NCBI GenBank assembly: GCA_052326585.1
Contig: JBKQLU010000066.1
Coordinates: 47,167-111,166, forward strand
Source: Desulfobaccales bacterium
GTDB lineage: Bacteria; Desulfobacterota; Desulfobaccia; Desulfobaccales; 0-14-0-80-60-11
Direction: 5' to 3'
Length of the DNA stretch: 64,000 nucleotides
How positions within the stretch are numbered: position 1 is the stretch's first letter; the number at the start of each line of letters is the position of its first letter. The notes under the pieces are model-generated. The model was not told where the DNA came from. It searched no databases and was given only the letters and a program-made list of their open reading frames with translations. Shown one piece after another: positions 19,485-31,607 of this stretch. The position numbers and the translations under genes are program-made.

Positions 19485-21070
19485 CAGAATTGGAAGTAGA
19501 TGAATTCCTTGTCCTGCTCGCTGGAGGAGACCACCAGGAGCAGGAGCAGCAGATAGACCGCCCCTTTCACCGGCCAGGGCAGGCTCCGGAGGCGGGTTTC
19601 GTCGCGAAATTTCAGGGTCAAGAGCTGGAGCAGGATCAGGGGCCCGATATGAATCAGCAGCCAGAGGCAGGAAGACTGCCAGGGCAGCGCCAGGGATGAC
19701 TGCCAGTGGCCCAGGGCCCCAAACCAGGCCCCCACTTGGGCCAGGTCGCGGCTGCGGAAGATCGCCCAACCCGCCAGGATGAAAAGCCACATGAGGGGAA
19801 CCGCCAGCAGCGAGCCCCAGGAGAACCGGTCCTGGGCCGGGGATTTACCGGCCAGCAGATTCAGGGGCGGGAAGTGGTAGAGGATGAGCAGGCCCCCCTG
19901 GTAGGCGCCCCAGAGCACGAAGATCCACGAGGCCCCGTGCCAGAATCCCACCAGGAGCATGGTCACCCCCAGGTTGCGCAGGGTCAGCCAACGGCCGCCG
20001 CGGTTGCCTCCCAGAGGGATGTAGAGATAATCCCGGAACCAGTTGGAGAGGGAGATATGCCATCTGGACCAGAAGTCCGAGGGATTTTTGGCCAGATAGG
20101 GGAAGCGAAAGTTCTCCACCAGGTCGATGCCCAGCAGCTTGGCCGAGCCCCGGGCGATGTCGGTGTAACCGGAAAAATCCCCGTAGATCTGAAAGGCGAA
20201 GGCGACCACCCCCAGGACCGCCCAGTAGCCATTCAGGTGAGTGGCGGGGTCGAAGGCGTAGTTGGCCAGGACGGCGCAGTTGTCGGCCACGAAGATCTTT
20301 TTAAAAAAGCCCACCAGGATCATGCTGAGGCCGTCTTGAAGGTAGGCGGGCTGAAAAGCCAGGTCGGCCTCCAGTTGGGGGATGAGCTGATGACCCCGCT
20401 CGATGGGCCCGGAGACCATCTGCGGGAAAAAGGCGTCAAAGGCCGCGAAGGTGACCAGGCTGCGGCAGGCAGAGGTCAGTCCCCGGTAAATATCGAAGAC
20501 GTAGCCCAGGGATTGGAAGGTGTAAAAGGAGATACCCACCGGCAGGATGATCTTGAGGAGCACCGGATCGGTCCTCAGACCCGCGGTTTCCAGGAATGTC
20601 CGGGCCGATTGGACGAAGAAGCCGAAATATTTGAAAAATCCGAGGATGGTGAGACAGAAGCAGACGCTGAGGATGAGGAAATAGCGCCGCCGCCGCGGCC
20701 CGGCCCAGGCCCATAACAGCTCATGGCCCGCAAAGAACAGGAACCCCAGGGCCGCGGCCAGGCCCATGACCGTAGGGGAGATGTGGCTGCCCGGCAGCGC
20801 CAGGCGGCACACCGCGGTCCAGGCGGCGGGTGCCAGGGTCAGCAGCAGAACCCAGGGGGCTTTCGTCCTTTCCCCGTCGATACTCAGGCCGCAGAGGAAA
20901 TCGATGACCGTGGTAGCCATCACCAGCGCCAGGAAACGCACGTCCCAGCCGGCGTAAAAGAGATAACTGGCCGCCAGCAGCAGCAAAAGCCGCCTTCTGC
21001 CGGTGAGCCTCCAATAGAGGAGGAAGACGATGGGCAGAAAAATGAGATATTGCCAGGAAATGAAGGACAT
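19484..21070 (-). CDS. MBOAT family O-acyltransferase (AlgI/PatA/DltB-like)
   Basis: LPVGISFYTFQ, QIYGDFSGYTDIA, FWSRWHISLS, GFWHGA and C-terminal FIYFQF. Confidence 0.95.
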   Translation of the reverse strand: MSFISWQYLIFLPIVFLLYWRLTGRRRLLLLLAASYLFYAGWDVRFLALVMATTVIDFLCGLSIDGERTKAPWVLLLTLAPAAWTAVCRLALPGSHISPTVMGLAAALGFLFFAGHELLWAWAGPRRRRYFLILSVCFCLTILGFFKYFGFFVQSARTFLETAGLRTDPVLLKIILPVGISFYTFQSLGYVFDIYRGLTSACRSLVTFAAFDAFFPQMVSGPIERGHQLIPQLEADLAFQPAYLQDGLSMILVGFFKKIFVADNCAVLANYAFDPATHLNGYWAVLGVVAFAFQIYGDFSGYTDIARGSAKLLGIDLVENFRFPYLAKNPSDFWSRWHISLSNWFRDYLYIPLGGNRGGRWLTLRNLGVTMLLVGFWHGASWIFVLWGAYQGGLLILYHFPPLNLLAGKSPAQDRFSWGSLLAVPLMWLFILAGWAIFRSRDLAQVGAWFGALGHWQSSLALPWQSSCLWLLIHIGPLILLQLLTLKFRDETRLRSLPWPVKGAVYLLLLLLVVSSSEQDKEFIYFQF

Positions 21071-21283
21071 ATGCGTAAGAAAATCTCTGGCGCTTGGGCA
21101 TCTCAGCGCGCCTATAGTCTTAATTTACTATACCTAAAATGAGACCTCTAAGAAACCCCTGGCAGCCATCAGCCGGCTTGAGTCAGGACCAGGCCGCCCC
21201 TGTCACCTTAAGTCCATGCAGGCCGCGTCTCAGGCGCCTGATCGGGAGCGGGAGACGCACCCCAACGCCACCAGCCGTAGATC

Positions 21284-21973
21284 TCAGGACCGCCGGGAGC
21301 TCACCGCCAGGCGGGGCTCGCGGCCCAGCGGCAGCCGGTAGGGCTTAAGTTCCAGTGGGCCCAGACCCAGGAGACGGCCCGCCGCGGCCGCGGCTTCGAG
21401 TTCGCCTCCGGCCAGGTGCGGCCCTTTGAGTGCCAGTGCCAGGCCGCCGGGCAACAGCAGGGGGGCGGCCAGTTCCAGGAAGCGCCCCAGAGGAAAGGTG
21501 GCCCGGGAGACCACCGCCTGGAAACGGGGGCCCCACTTCCGGGCCTGCTCCGGGGTCAGATGGGTGCAGGCCACCTGAACGTCCGGCAGCTTGAGACAGG
21601 AAACCAGGTATTCCAAAAAGGCCGCCTTCTTTTGCCGGGCCTCCACCAGGGTGAGCTGGAGTTCGGGCCGGACCAGCTTCAGGGCCAGTCCGGGAAACCC
21701 CGGGCCGCTGCCCAGGTCCGCCAGGGAGCGGCAGCCCGCCAGGAAAGGCAGGATCGCCAGGGAATCGAGGAAATGCTTGACCACCATGTCCCGGTCGCTC
21801 TTTAAGCCGGTGAGGTTGACCCGGGCGTTCCACAGCTTAAGCTGGGTCAGGTAGAACCGGAACTGGTCCAGGGTGGCCGGGGGCAACTCCAGCCCCAGGG
21901 GCGCGGCCCCTTCCTGCAGCAAGTCCATGGGGTCGCCGGGGGGGTTCGGGGGAGTCATCTGGTCAATTGCCAT
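21284..21973 (-). CDS. rsmG: 16S rRNA m7G527 methyltransferase RsmG (GidB)
   Basis: [24 protein letters not shown] and VVSRA. Confidence 0.95.
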   Translation of the reverse strand: MAIDQMTPPNPPGDPMDLLQEGAAPLGLELPPATLDQFRFYLTQLKLWNARVNLTGLKSDRDMVVKHFLDSLAILPFLAGCRSLADLGSGPGFPGLALKLVRPELQLTLVEARQKKAAFLEYLVSCLKLPDVQVACTHLTPEQARKWGPRFQAVVSRATFPLGRFLELAAPLLLPGGLALALKGPHLAGGELEAAAAAGRLLGLGPLELKPYRLPLGREPRLAVSSRRS

Positions 21974-22104
21974 CGCCGCCAGGTCTGTAAAGCCTTTCGC
22001 CGTTATTGAGGTCAGGCCGCGGAACTAAGTATTCATTTTCAAAACGCCGGTGCCACCCAGACGCCTGTAACACTGGCCCCCCCTCGACTCACTCCCCAAA
22101 ATCC

Positions 22105-23505
22105 TCATTTCCCCAGACAAAATTCCCCGAAGATGCGCTCCAGGACCTCGTCTCCCATCTCCTGGCCAGTGATCGCCCCCAGTTCCCGGATGGCCTCATG
22201 GAGCTCCAGGCCTACGAGTTCCCAAGGCGGAGCCGGGAGGGCTTGTGGTAAAGGGGAAACCGCCAGCAGTTCCCGGACCCGGGCCAGGCAACCCAGGCAT
22301 CCCTCCAGATGCCGGTGATGCCGGGCCAGGGTGACCATCTCGCCGTCGAGCCGCAGGCCGCCCTCCAGGGCCTGGGCCAGGATGGCCGTCTTCAATGACT
22401 CGGTCCCCTGGCCGGTGAGGGCGGAAATCGACAGTACCGGGAAGGAGGTGGCCGCCTGCACCTCGGCTTCACCAAGCGTCCGGGGCAGATCCGCCTTATT
22501 GATCACAGCCAGGCCCCGGCGGCCGTTCATCTCCCCCAAGGCCTGCCGGTCTGCCGCGGCCAGGGGCTGACTGCCGTCCAGGAGATAGAGGACCAGATCG
22601 GCCTGGGCCAGGCGTTCCCGGGTGCGCTCCATGCCCAGCTCTTCCAGGCGGTCCCGGGCCTGACCCAGCCCGGCGGTGTCGCTGAGGCGCACCGGGATGG
22701 ATCCCAGGATGATGGTCTCCTCGATCAGATCCCGGGTAGTGCCGGGGATCTCGGTAACAATGGCCCGGTCCAGGTTAAGCAGGCGGTTCAGGAGGCTGGA
22801 TTTGCCGGCATTGGTCCGGCCGGCAATGACCGCCAGCAGGCCTTCCCGCAATAAGCGGCCTTGCCGGTAACTGGCGGTGAGGCGCCCCAGGGTTTCTATC
22901 CGGGGCGCCAGGGCCGCCTCCAGAAGCGCCGGGGCCAGTTCTTCGGCTTCCTCGGGAAAGTCCAGGGCCGCCTCTACCCGGGCCAGCAGGTCCAGGAGGT
23001 CCTCCCTGAGCAGGGCCAGGCCACGCCCCAGGCCACCCTGGAGGTGGCCGGCCGCCACCTGCAGCGCCGCCTCGCTACGGGCCCGGATCACTTCCAGGAC
23101 CGCTTCCGACTGGGTCAGGTCGACCCTCCCCGAGAGAAAGGCCCGCAGGGTAAACTCGCCGGGCTGGGCCAGACGAGCCCCCCGCTTCAGGACCAGGGAT
23201 AAGAGGCGCTCCAGCACCCGGTAGCCGGAATGGCAGTTGATCTCCACCACGTCTTCCCTGGTATAGGTATGGGGGGCTCGCATCCAGGTGAGCAGCACTT
23301 CGTCGATGATTTCTCCCTGGGAACCGACGATTTCACCCAGGTAGAGATGGTGGGAGCGCCACTGGCGGCGGGGACGGCGGGGGCGAAAGATCTCCCGGGC
23401 GATCTCCCGGGCTCGAGGACCGCTGAGACGGACGATGCCTATGCCCCCCTCACCAACGGGAGTGGAAATGGCGGCGATGGTATCGGCCGGATCAGGCTGG
23501 GTCAT
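22105..23505 (-). CDS. mnmE: tRNA modification GTPase MnmE (TrmE)
   Basis: DTIAAIST, GRTNAGKSS, GTTRD, DTAG, NKAD and C-terminal FCLGK. Confidence 0.97.
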   Translation of the reverse strand: MTQPDPADTIAAISTPVGEGGIGIVRLSGPRAREIAREIFRPRRPRRQWRSHHLYLGEIVGSQGEIIDEVLLTWMRAPHTYTREDVVEINCHSGYRVLERLLSLVLKRGARLAQPGEFTLRAFLSGRVDLTQSEAVLEVIRARSEAALQVAAGHLQGGLGRGLALLREDLLDLLARVEAALDFPEEAEELAPALLEAALAPRIETLGRLTASYRQGRLLREGLLAVIAGRTNAGKSSLLNRLLNLDRAIVTEIPGTTRDLIEETIILGSIPVRLSDTAGLGQARDRLEELGMERTRERLAQADLVLYLLDGSQPLAAADRQALGEMNGRRGLAVINKADLPRTLGEAEVQAATSFPVLSISALTGQGTESLKTAILAQALEGGLRLDGEMVTLARHHRHLEGCLGCLARVRELLAVSPLPQALPAPPWELVGLELHEAIRELGAITGQEMGDEVLERIFGEFCLGK

Positions 23506-23562
23506 GACTTCGTAAGGGGTAAGCGTGAGGCGTCCTGGGTAATGGACCTAACCCTGCACCCA

Positions 23563-24243
23563 TTAACCATCACTCATTACCGTCTTTTCCGGTCCATCCT
23601 CCTGGCCTTCCTTTTTTTTGGCGGGGGCTATGACCACCTTCTTGTATAGCCCTTCCCCCCGGCTGCTGGTCTTCAGATCCCCGTCCTCCTGCAGGGCCAG
23701 ATGGACGATGCGGCGGTCATAGGGGTTCATGGGATTTAAGGTGATGGGCTTACCGTTCTTTTTCACCTTCTCCCCATAACTCTGGGCCAGATGCGCCAGG
23801 GCCTCGTCGTGCCGGGCCCGGTAGGCCTCCACGTCGATGGAGATCCTCACCTTGTGGCGGCTCCGCTTGGCCAGCATCTTGGTGACCAGATATTGCAAGG
23901 CGTCCAGGGTCTGGCCTTGCTTGCCGATGAGCAGACCGGCGCCCGCGGTTTCGATGCGCAGGCTGATGCGGTCCTCCTCCTGGTGCACGCTAACCTTGGC
24001 CTCTTCCTGCATCTTCGCCAGGAGGTTTTCCAGAATCTCCTGGGCCGCGCTCAGCAGGTTTTCTTCCGACTCATCCCGCTGCGCGGCCCGGACCTTCGCC
24101 TTCCGGCCACCCAGGCCAAAGAGGCCCGGGGAGCCTACCGATAAGATCTCGATTTCCAACTGCTCCGAGGAGACCTGAAAATGGGCACAAGCCGCCTCAA
24201 TGGCGTCTTCGGTGTCCTTGCCTTCAAACTCCTTAAACTCCAT
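23563..24243 (-). CDS. jag: RNA-binding protein Jag/KhpB (EloR)
   Basis: Jag_N domain, KH GLLIGKQGQTLDALQ and R3H DRRIVH. Confidence 0.93.
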   Translation of the reverse strand: MEFKEFEGKDTEDAIEAACAHFQVSSEQLEIEILSVGSPGLFGLGGRKAKVRAAQRDESEENLLSAAQEILENLLAKMQEEAKVSVHQEEDRISLRIETAGAGLLIGKQGQTLDALQYLVTKMLAKRSRHKVRISIDVEAYRARHDEALAHLAQSYGEKVKKNGKPITLNPMNPYDRRIVHLALQEDGDLKTSSRGEGLYKKVVIAPAKKKEGQEDGPEKTVMSDG

Positions 24244-24260
24244 CAACGCTTCCTCTAAAA

Positions 24261-25970
24261 CTAGGTGAGGTACTTGTTGGTATAGTGTTGCTGTATGATG
24301 GAAAGCACATTGTTCGCCAGCCAATAGATCACCAGGCCGGAGGCGAAGTTCAGGAACATGAAGGTGAAAACTAACGGGAGAAACATCATCATCTTGGCCT
24401 GGGCGGGGTCCCCCGGTGAGGGGGTCATCTTCTGCTGCAGGAACATGGTGCCCCCCATGACTATAGGGGTGATGAGCAGGGGGTCCTTGGTGGACAGGTC
24501 CGCCAGCCAGACGATATGGGTAAACGGCAAAGTGGGAATGAAGGAGGCGTGGCGCAGTTCGATGGCGGTCCCCAGAACCCTGTAGAGGGCAATGAATACC
24601 GGCAGTTGTATCACCATGGGCAGGCAGCCGGCCAGGGGGTTGACCTTGAAGGTCTTGTAGAGGCCCATCAGCTCCTTGTTCATGGCTTCCTTGTCGTCTT
24701 TGTATTTCTCCCGGATCTTGGCCACCTTGGGCTGAAGCTTCTGCATCGCCTTCATGGACTTGTAGCTCTTGTGGTTAGGATAGAAGAAGAGGATGCGGAT
24801 CACGAAGGTGAGGATGACGATGGCCCAGCCGTAATTAAGGGAATAACGCTCAAAAAACTTGAGGGAGGAAAGCAGGGGTTGGCCCAGGAAATTGAACCAG
24901 CCGAAGTTGACGGCCTTCTCCAGGCCCAGGCTCTGAAGGTTCTTCTCATCCTTGGGCCCGAAATAGAGACCATAGGAAAACCGCGCCTCCCTGCCGGCGG
25001 ACAGATTCTCCACCGGGGTCTTGAGGCTGGCCATCATGGGTCCCGGCAGGGTCTCTTTGAGCAGCACCAAGGACTTGGGGGCCGCCTGGGGCACCATGGC
25101 GGTCAAGAAATAGCCATCGTCCAGCCCGGCCCAGCCGATCTTGCCGGTAAAGGTGCGCGGTTCCTTGACGCCGCCGCTCTTGATCTCTTGCCAGCTATCA
25201 TTGACGAAGCCGTTGAACCCAAAGGATTGGTAACGGGAGGCCACCTCCCCGGCAAACTCCTCCCTGAGGTCGAGGTCCAACTGCCCATCCAGGGTTTGGG
25301 CGGTTTGGTTCACCACCTGCACCGCCAGGTCGAAGGCGTAGCTGTCGCCCTTAAAGGTGAAGGTCTTGATGAAGGTGAGGCCGGAGTTGCTGCGGCCGGT
25401 GAATTGCAGGGTGCCCTGATCTGCCCCCGTCAGGGTGAGGCCCGGCTGGGAGGCCGCCCAGGATATGGTCCCATCGGCCCCGGAGAGACTGTGGCCCTGC
25501 CAGCCCAGGTCCAGGTCGCAATTCTGGCCGGGGCCGGGACTCACCAGTTGTTTGGGCGGGGTCAGGGAATTATCTGGACTGTGGTAGCGCTCTGCATCGA
25601 GAGCAACCGGCCCCACTTTGAACTGGTAGATGGGGGTAAAGGGCAGGCTCTCCCGGTATTTTTTTAACTGGAAGCTCTTCAGGCAGCCGCCCGCCTCGGT
25701 GAATACCGCCCGAAACAGGGGGGTTTCCACCACCAGCTCCCGACCCGGGCTGGCCGCGGCCGGAGCCGGGCTCAGCGGCGCTTGGGCCGCCGGAATGGCG
25801 GGAGCCGGGGCCAGCGGCCCCTGGGCCTGTTGGGCTGGCTGGGCTGGCGTGGTTCGCTGGCCTGGCTGGCTTGAGGGAACTTGGCCCACCTTCGACCACT
25901 GCCCCACGTACATGAATACCGCAAATACCGCCATACTCAAGGCGAGGGCAATCATAGCCCGTTTTTCCAT
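24261..25970 (-). CDS. yidC: Membrane protein insertase YidC
   Basis: YFGPK, NYGWAIV, NPLAGCLP, ELRHA and GLVIYW. Confidence 0.97.
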   Translation of the reverse strand: MEKRAMIALALSMAVFAVFMYVGQWSKVGQVPSSQPGQRTTPAQPAQQAQGPLAPAPAIPAAQAPLSPAPAAASPGRELVVETPLFRAVFTEAGGCLKSFQLKKYRESLPFTPIYQFKVGPVALDAERYHSPDNSLTPPKQLVSPGPGQNCDLDLGWQGHSLSGADGTISWAASQPGLTLTGADQGTLQFTGRSNSGLTFIKTFTFKGDSYAFDLAVQVVNQTAQTLDGQLDLDLREEFAGEVASRYQSFGFNGFVNDSWQEIKSGGVKEPRTFTGKIGWAGLDDGYFLTAMVPQAAPKSLVLLKETLPGPMMASLKTPVENLSAGREARFSYGLYFGPKDEKNLQSLGLEKAVNFGWFNFLGQPLLSSLKFFERYSLNYGWAIVILTFVIRILFFYPNHKSYKSMKAMQKLQPKVAKIREKYKDDKEAMNKELMGLYKTFKVNPLAGCLPMVIQLPVFIALYRVLGTAIELRHASFIPTLPFTHIVWLADLSTKDPLLITPIVMGGTMFLQQKMTPSPGDPAQAKMMMFLPLVFTFMFLNFASGLVIYWLANNVLSIIQQHYTNKYLT

Positions 25971-25979
25971 GCGTGACTC

Positions 25980-26189
25980 CTAGGGCACCGGGTCCCAACC
26001 CCCGGGGTGAAAAGGATGGCAGCGCAACAGACGCCGCAGGGCCAGGTAGAGGCCCCGCCAAAAGCCGTGGCGCGCCATGGCCTCGGCGGCGTAATGGGAG
26101 CAACTGGGGGCAAACCGGCAACACCTGGGAAAGAGAGGGGCAATCAGCAACTGGTAGGCCCGGATGGACCAGAGGGCCAATCTAATCAT
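25980..26189 (-). CDS. yidD: Membrane protein insertion efficiency factor YidD
   Basis: [10 protein letters not shown] and [17 protein letters not shown]. Confidence 0.95.
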   Translation of the reverse strand: MIRLALWSIRAYQLLIAPLFPRCCRFAPSCSHYAAEAMARHGFWRGLYLALRRLLRCHPFHPGGWDPVP

Positions 26190-26604
26190 GGGCTACCCCC
26201 GGGGCCTGCACCGACAACAGGCCTCCCAACTCCTCCGCCACCCGCCAATAATTCAGGGCTGCCGCCCCCGGTTTAGCCATGATTACCAGGTCATATGGGG
26301 GCAAAAGCGTTTTATGCCGCCGGAAAAATTCCCGCAGCAGCCGCTTCATGCGGTTGCGCCGGACCGCCTTGCCGAAGCGCCGGGTCACCACCAACCCCAG
26401 CCTGGGGGCAGAGGCCTCCGGGGGCGCCAGGGTGACCCCGAAATGGCGCGAATGCAGCCGCTTCCCCTGGGCCTGGACCCGGAGATAATCGCGACGGCGG
26501 CGGATCCGATCCGCCTTGGTGAAACTTACGATCCCCTTGATGGTTGGGGTCGGGGCGGGGGTGGGACGCCGGTCGACGGAATTGGCGGGAGGCCTCAGGA
26601 TCAC
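26182..26604 (-). CDS. rnpA: Ribonuclease P protein component
   Basis: [25 protein letters not shown] (RNR motif); exact start uncertain. Confidence 0.93.
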   Translation of the reverse strand: MILRPPANSVDRRPTPAPTPTIKGIVSFTKADRIRRRRDYLRVQAQGKRLHSRHFGVTLAPPEASAPRLGLVVTRRFGKAVRRNRMKRLLREFFRRHKTLLPPYDLVIMAKPGAAALNYWRVAEELGGLLSVQAPGVAHD

Positions 26605-26614
26605 TCCGCCGGCG

Positions 26615-26752
26615 CTAAACCGTCAAACGTTTCCGACCCCTGGCCCGGCGGCGGTTGATGACCTGGCGGCCACCTCGGGTGCTCATCCGCTCCAGGAAGC
26701 CGTGGGTTCTGGACCGACGCAGATTATGAGGTTGATAGGTGCGCTTCGACAT
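26615..26752 (-). CDS. rpmH: 50S ribosomal protein L34 (absent from the supplied ORF track)
   Basis: Manual translation [45 protein letters not shown] (45 aa). Confidence 0.97.
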   Translation of the reverse strand: MSKRTYQPHNLRRSRTHGFLERMSTRGGRQVINRRRARGRKRLTV

Positions 26753-27121
26753 TTGCTCATCCTTATGACGGAACGTTTTCCAAACATTTTATAAACCATT
26801 TCTAGGCCCTTTTGTCAAGGGACCGCCTAGATTTTCTCTGGTTTTCAGCCTTCGACTCATCCAGGCGCCGGCGTTTCCCAGGTGAGGCGGCGGCCGCCAG
26901 TCCGGCCCAGGCCATGGTTCCCAAGGCCCGGGCCACTGGAAAGTCAAGGGGCGGTTTCTCCCCCCGCCAATTTTTAAGTTGGATTTTATAGACTAAATAA
27001 CATAAACTTAGAAGATTAGAGCTAGATTAGCCCTTTCCAGACTCCATGGACCGGGTGGCTTTGGACCGTCGGGCCAGTTCATTCCTCGCTGGAGATCCGG
27101 CGGTGTTTCCATGAAGATTAA

Positions 27122-29003
<1,882 letters not shown>

Positions 29004-29007
<4 letters not shown>

Positions 29008-29534
29008 TCGCCGCCCTTCTCGGATACAGCTTCCTGGCCCTCGCCATCTTCTACCTGCAGAACCTGGCGTTCTTCCCGCAGGTGCACTTGCGGCTGCTGG
29101 CCCTGCTGCTGTTTTACCTGGGTTTGCGGCCCTCTCTGCCCCTGGCCCTGGTCCTGGCGGTGGTGGTGGGACTCTTGCAGGACAGCTTTGCCACCACCCC
29201 CTTCGGGATTCACCTGGGCGCGGCCCTGTTGCTGGTGGGAGTGGCCCGCTTCTTTTACCCGCGTCTGCCGCAGCAGCGCTTCGGCCTGCAGACGGCGGTC
29301 TGCCTGCTGGCTCTGATCCTGCAAGAGGTCTTCTTACAAGTGAGCCTTATCACCTTGGGCTACCAGGGCGGACTCGATTGGGGACAGCTCTCTCATCAAG
29401 GCGCGGCAATTCTGTTTACCGCGGTTCTGGGGCCCTTGATGTATTTTTTGGTAAATGGCCTGGAACGATTTCTGGGCCGTTACGGCTGGCGCCCCGAGAG
29501 GCAGCCGCCCGGGTTTTACCGGCCTCTGACATAA
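29004..29534 (+). CDS. mreD: Rod shape-determining protein MreD
   Basis: Polytopic hydrophobic protein with GLLQD motif, between mreC and mrdA. Confidence 0.85.
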
Positions 29535-29631
29535 TGGCGGGGGGCTGTCTCCCGGGCCGATTCCAGGCGCACGGATACCGTGGCCTGCCCCGCCCCATAC
29601 CAGGACAAGACCATAACAAGACGAGACCGTC

Positions 29632-31548
29632 ATGGCCCACCCCAAGCCGAATCTGGAAGCGAACCATTTAGGGAACTTTAAGTTCCTGGGAGCTTCCGCC
29701 GGCGGCGCCATGCCCCTGGATGAACAGGAACGGGGGCGCCGCAATTTTTCCGTGGTGGCCCTCATTGTCGTTAGCCTCTTTGGCCTCCTGTTCCTGCGCC
29801 TCTGGTATCTGCAATTGGTGCAGGGTGATTACCTGCGCCAGCGCTCGGAACAAAACCGCATCCGCCTCATCGACCTGCCCCCCTGGCGGGGCAAGATCAT
29901 GGACCGCGGCGGCCAGGTTCTGGTGGGCAACCGGACCAGCTACGAACTGATGGCGGTCGTGGAAGACGTGGGAGACATTGGACTCCTGAGCCGCCGGCTG
30001 GCGATCTTGCTGCATATGGATCAGAAGCAGGTCGCCGCCCAATTGGAAAACGCCAGGGCCAACGGCCTTTACCAGGTGCGCCTCCGGGGAGACCTGAGCT
30101 GGGAGGAACTGGCCCAGGTGGCCGCTTATGAACCGGAATTGCCCGGAGTCCTGGTGCAGCTCCAGCCCAAGCGGGAGTACCGCCAAAATGGCCAGGCGGC
30201 CCATATCCTGGGTTATCTGGGGGAGATTAGCGAAGCCCAGCTCAAGAGCGGCAAGTTTGCCAATTACAAGGGCGGGGACTATGCGGGCCGTTGCGGCATC
30301 GAACTGGCCTGGGATAACTATCTCATGGGCGCCCGGGGCCACCGCCGCATCGAAGTGGACGCCTATGGCCGGGAATTCGGCCAAATGGACTCGATTTCCC
30401 CAACCCCCGGGGCCAACGTCTACCTGACCTTGGATAGCCGCCTGCAGCAGGAGGCCGAGGATTGCCTGGAAGGCAAGGAGGGAGCCATCGTCGCCCTGGA
30501 TCCCCGTTCCGGCAAGATTCTGGCCATGGCCTCTGCCCCCAGCTTTTCCCAGGAGGCCTTTGAGCATGGGCTGCCGCCCCAGGAATGGCAACGTCTCAGC
30601 CAGGATAAGAGCCATCCCCTGGAAAACCGCGCGCTCCAGGGACAGTATCCCCCAGGTTCCACTTTCAAAATTATCATGGCGGTGGCCGGCCTGGAAGAGA
30701 AGGTCATCACTCCCGAAACCACCTTTAATTGCACCGGGTCCCTGGTCTTAGGCGACCACGAGTTCAAATGCTGGAAAAAGGGCGGCCACGGCGAGGTCAA
30801 TCTCCATCGCGCCCTGGTGGAATCTTGCGACGTCTATTTTTATCAACTGGGGGAGAGGCTGGGGATTGACCGCATTGCCAAGTGGAGCCGCCGCTTCGGC
30901 CTGGGACAACCCAGCGGCCTCAATCTCGATAAGGAGATGCCCGGGCTGGTGGCCTCCAGCGCCTGGAAAAAGGCCCGCTTTAACCAGGCCTGGCACGAAG
31001 GGGAGACCCTGTCGGTTGCCATTGGCCAGGGCTATAACCTGGTCACCCCGCTGCAGATGGCCCAGGTGGCCGCGGCCATAGCCAGCGGCGGCCTGATCTA
31101 TGAGCCGCAGTTAGTGGAAAAAGTGGAGAGTCCAACCGGAGAGGTTCTCTTTCAGTCCCAGCCGCAGGTCAAGTATAACCTGGGGGCCAGTCCGGCCACC
31201 ATCGCCGCGGTGCAGAAAGGCCTGGAGGGGGTGGTGGCGGAAGAGGAAGGGACCGGCAAGGTGGTCCGCCTGGCCGATATCCAGGTGGCCGGCAAGACCG
31301 GCACCGCCCAGGTGGTGACCACGGAGAAGCTGGAAGAGGAGAGAAAAGGCGGCAGCGCCGAGAAGATCCACAAGTATCAAAACCATGCCTGGTTCGTGGG
31401 TTACGCCCCGGCGGACAACCCCCGGGTGGCCGTGGCGGTGCTCTTGGAACACGGCGGCCATGGCGGCGGCGATGCCGGACCTCTGGCCCGGCGGGTCATC
31501 GCCGCGGCCTGCCGGGAGCCTGAGCCCCGGGTGGCGAAGGCAGATTAA
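29632..31548 (+). CDS. mrdA: Penicillin-binding protein 2 (class B transpeptidase)
   Basis: SxxK (GSTFK), SCD and KTG motifs; start may be at 29710. Confidence 0.95.
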   Translation: MAHPKPNLEANHLGNFKFLGASAGGAMPLDEQERGRRNFSVVALIVVSLFGLLFLRLWYLQLVQGDYLRQRSEQNRIRLIDLPPWRGKIMDRGGQVLVGNRTSYELMAVVEDVGDIGLLSRRLAILLHMDQKQVAAQLENARANGLYQVRLRGDLSWEELAQVAAYEPELPGVLVQLQPKREYRQNGQAAHILGYLGEISEAQLKSGKFANYKGGDYAGRCGIELAWDNYLMGARGHRRIEVDAYGREFGQMDSISPTPGANVYLTLDSRLQQEAEDCLEGKEGAIVALDPRSGKILAMASAPSFSQEAFEHGLPPQEWQRLSQDKSHPLENRALQGQYPPGSTFKIIMAVAGLEEKVITPETTFNCTGSLVLGDHEFKCWKKGGHGEVNLHRALVESCDVYFYQLGERLGIDRIAKWSRRFGLGQPSGLNLDKEMPGLVASSAWKKARFNQAWHEGETLSVAIGQGYNLVTPLQMAQVAAAIASGGLIYEPQLVEKVESPTGEVLFQSQPQVKYNLGASPATIAAVQKGLEGVVAEEEGTGKVVRLADIQVAGKTGTAQVVTTEKLEEERKGGSAEKIHKYQNHAWFVGYAPADNPRVAVAVLLEHGGHGGGDAGPLARRVIAAACREPEPRVAKAD

Positions 31549-31607
31549 CCAGATTCATCAATCCGGAGAAAAAACCTAGGGTTCTTCCAGTTCTAGCTTC
31601 AATCTGA

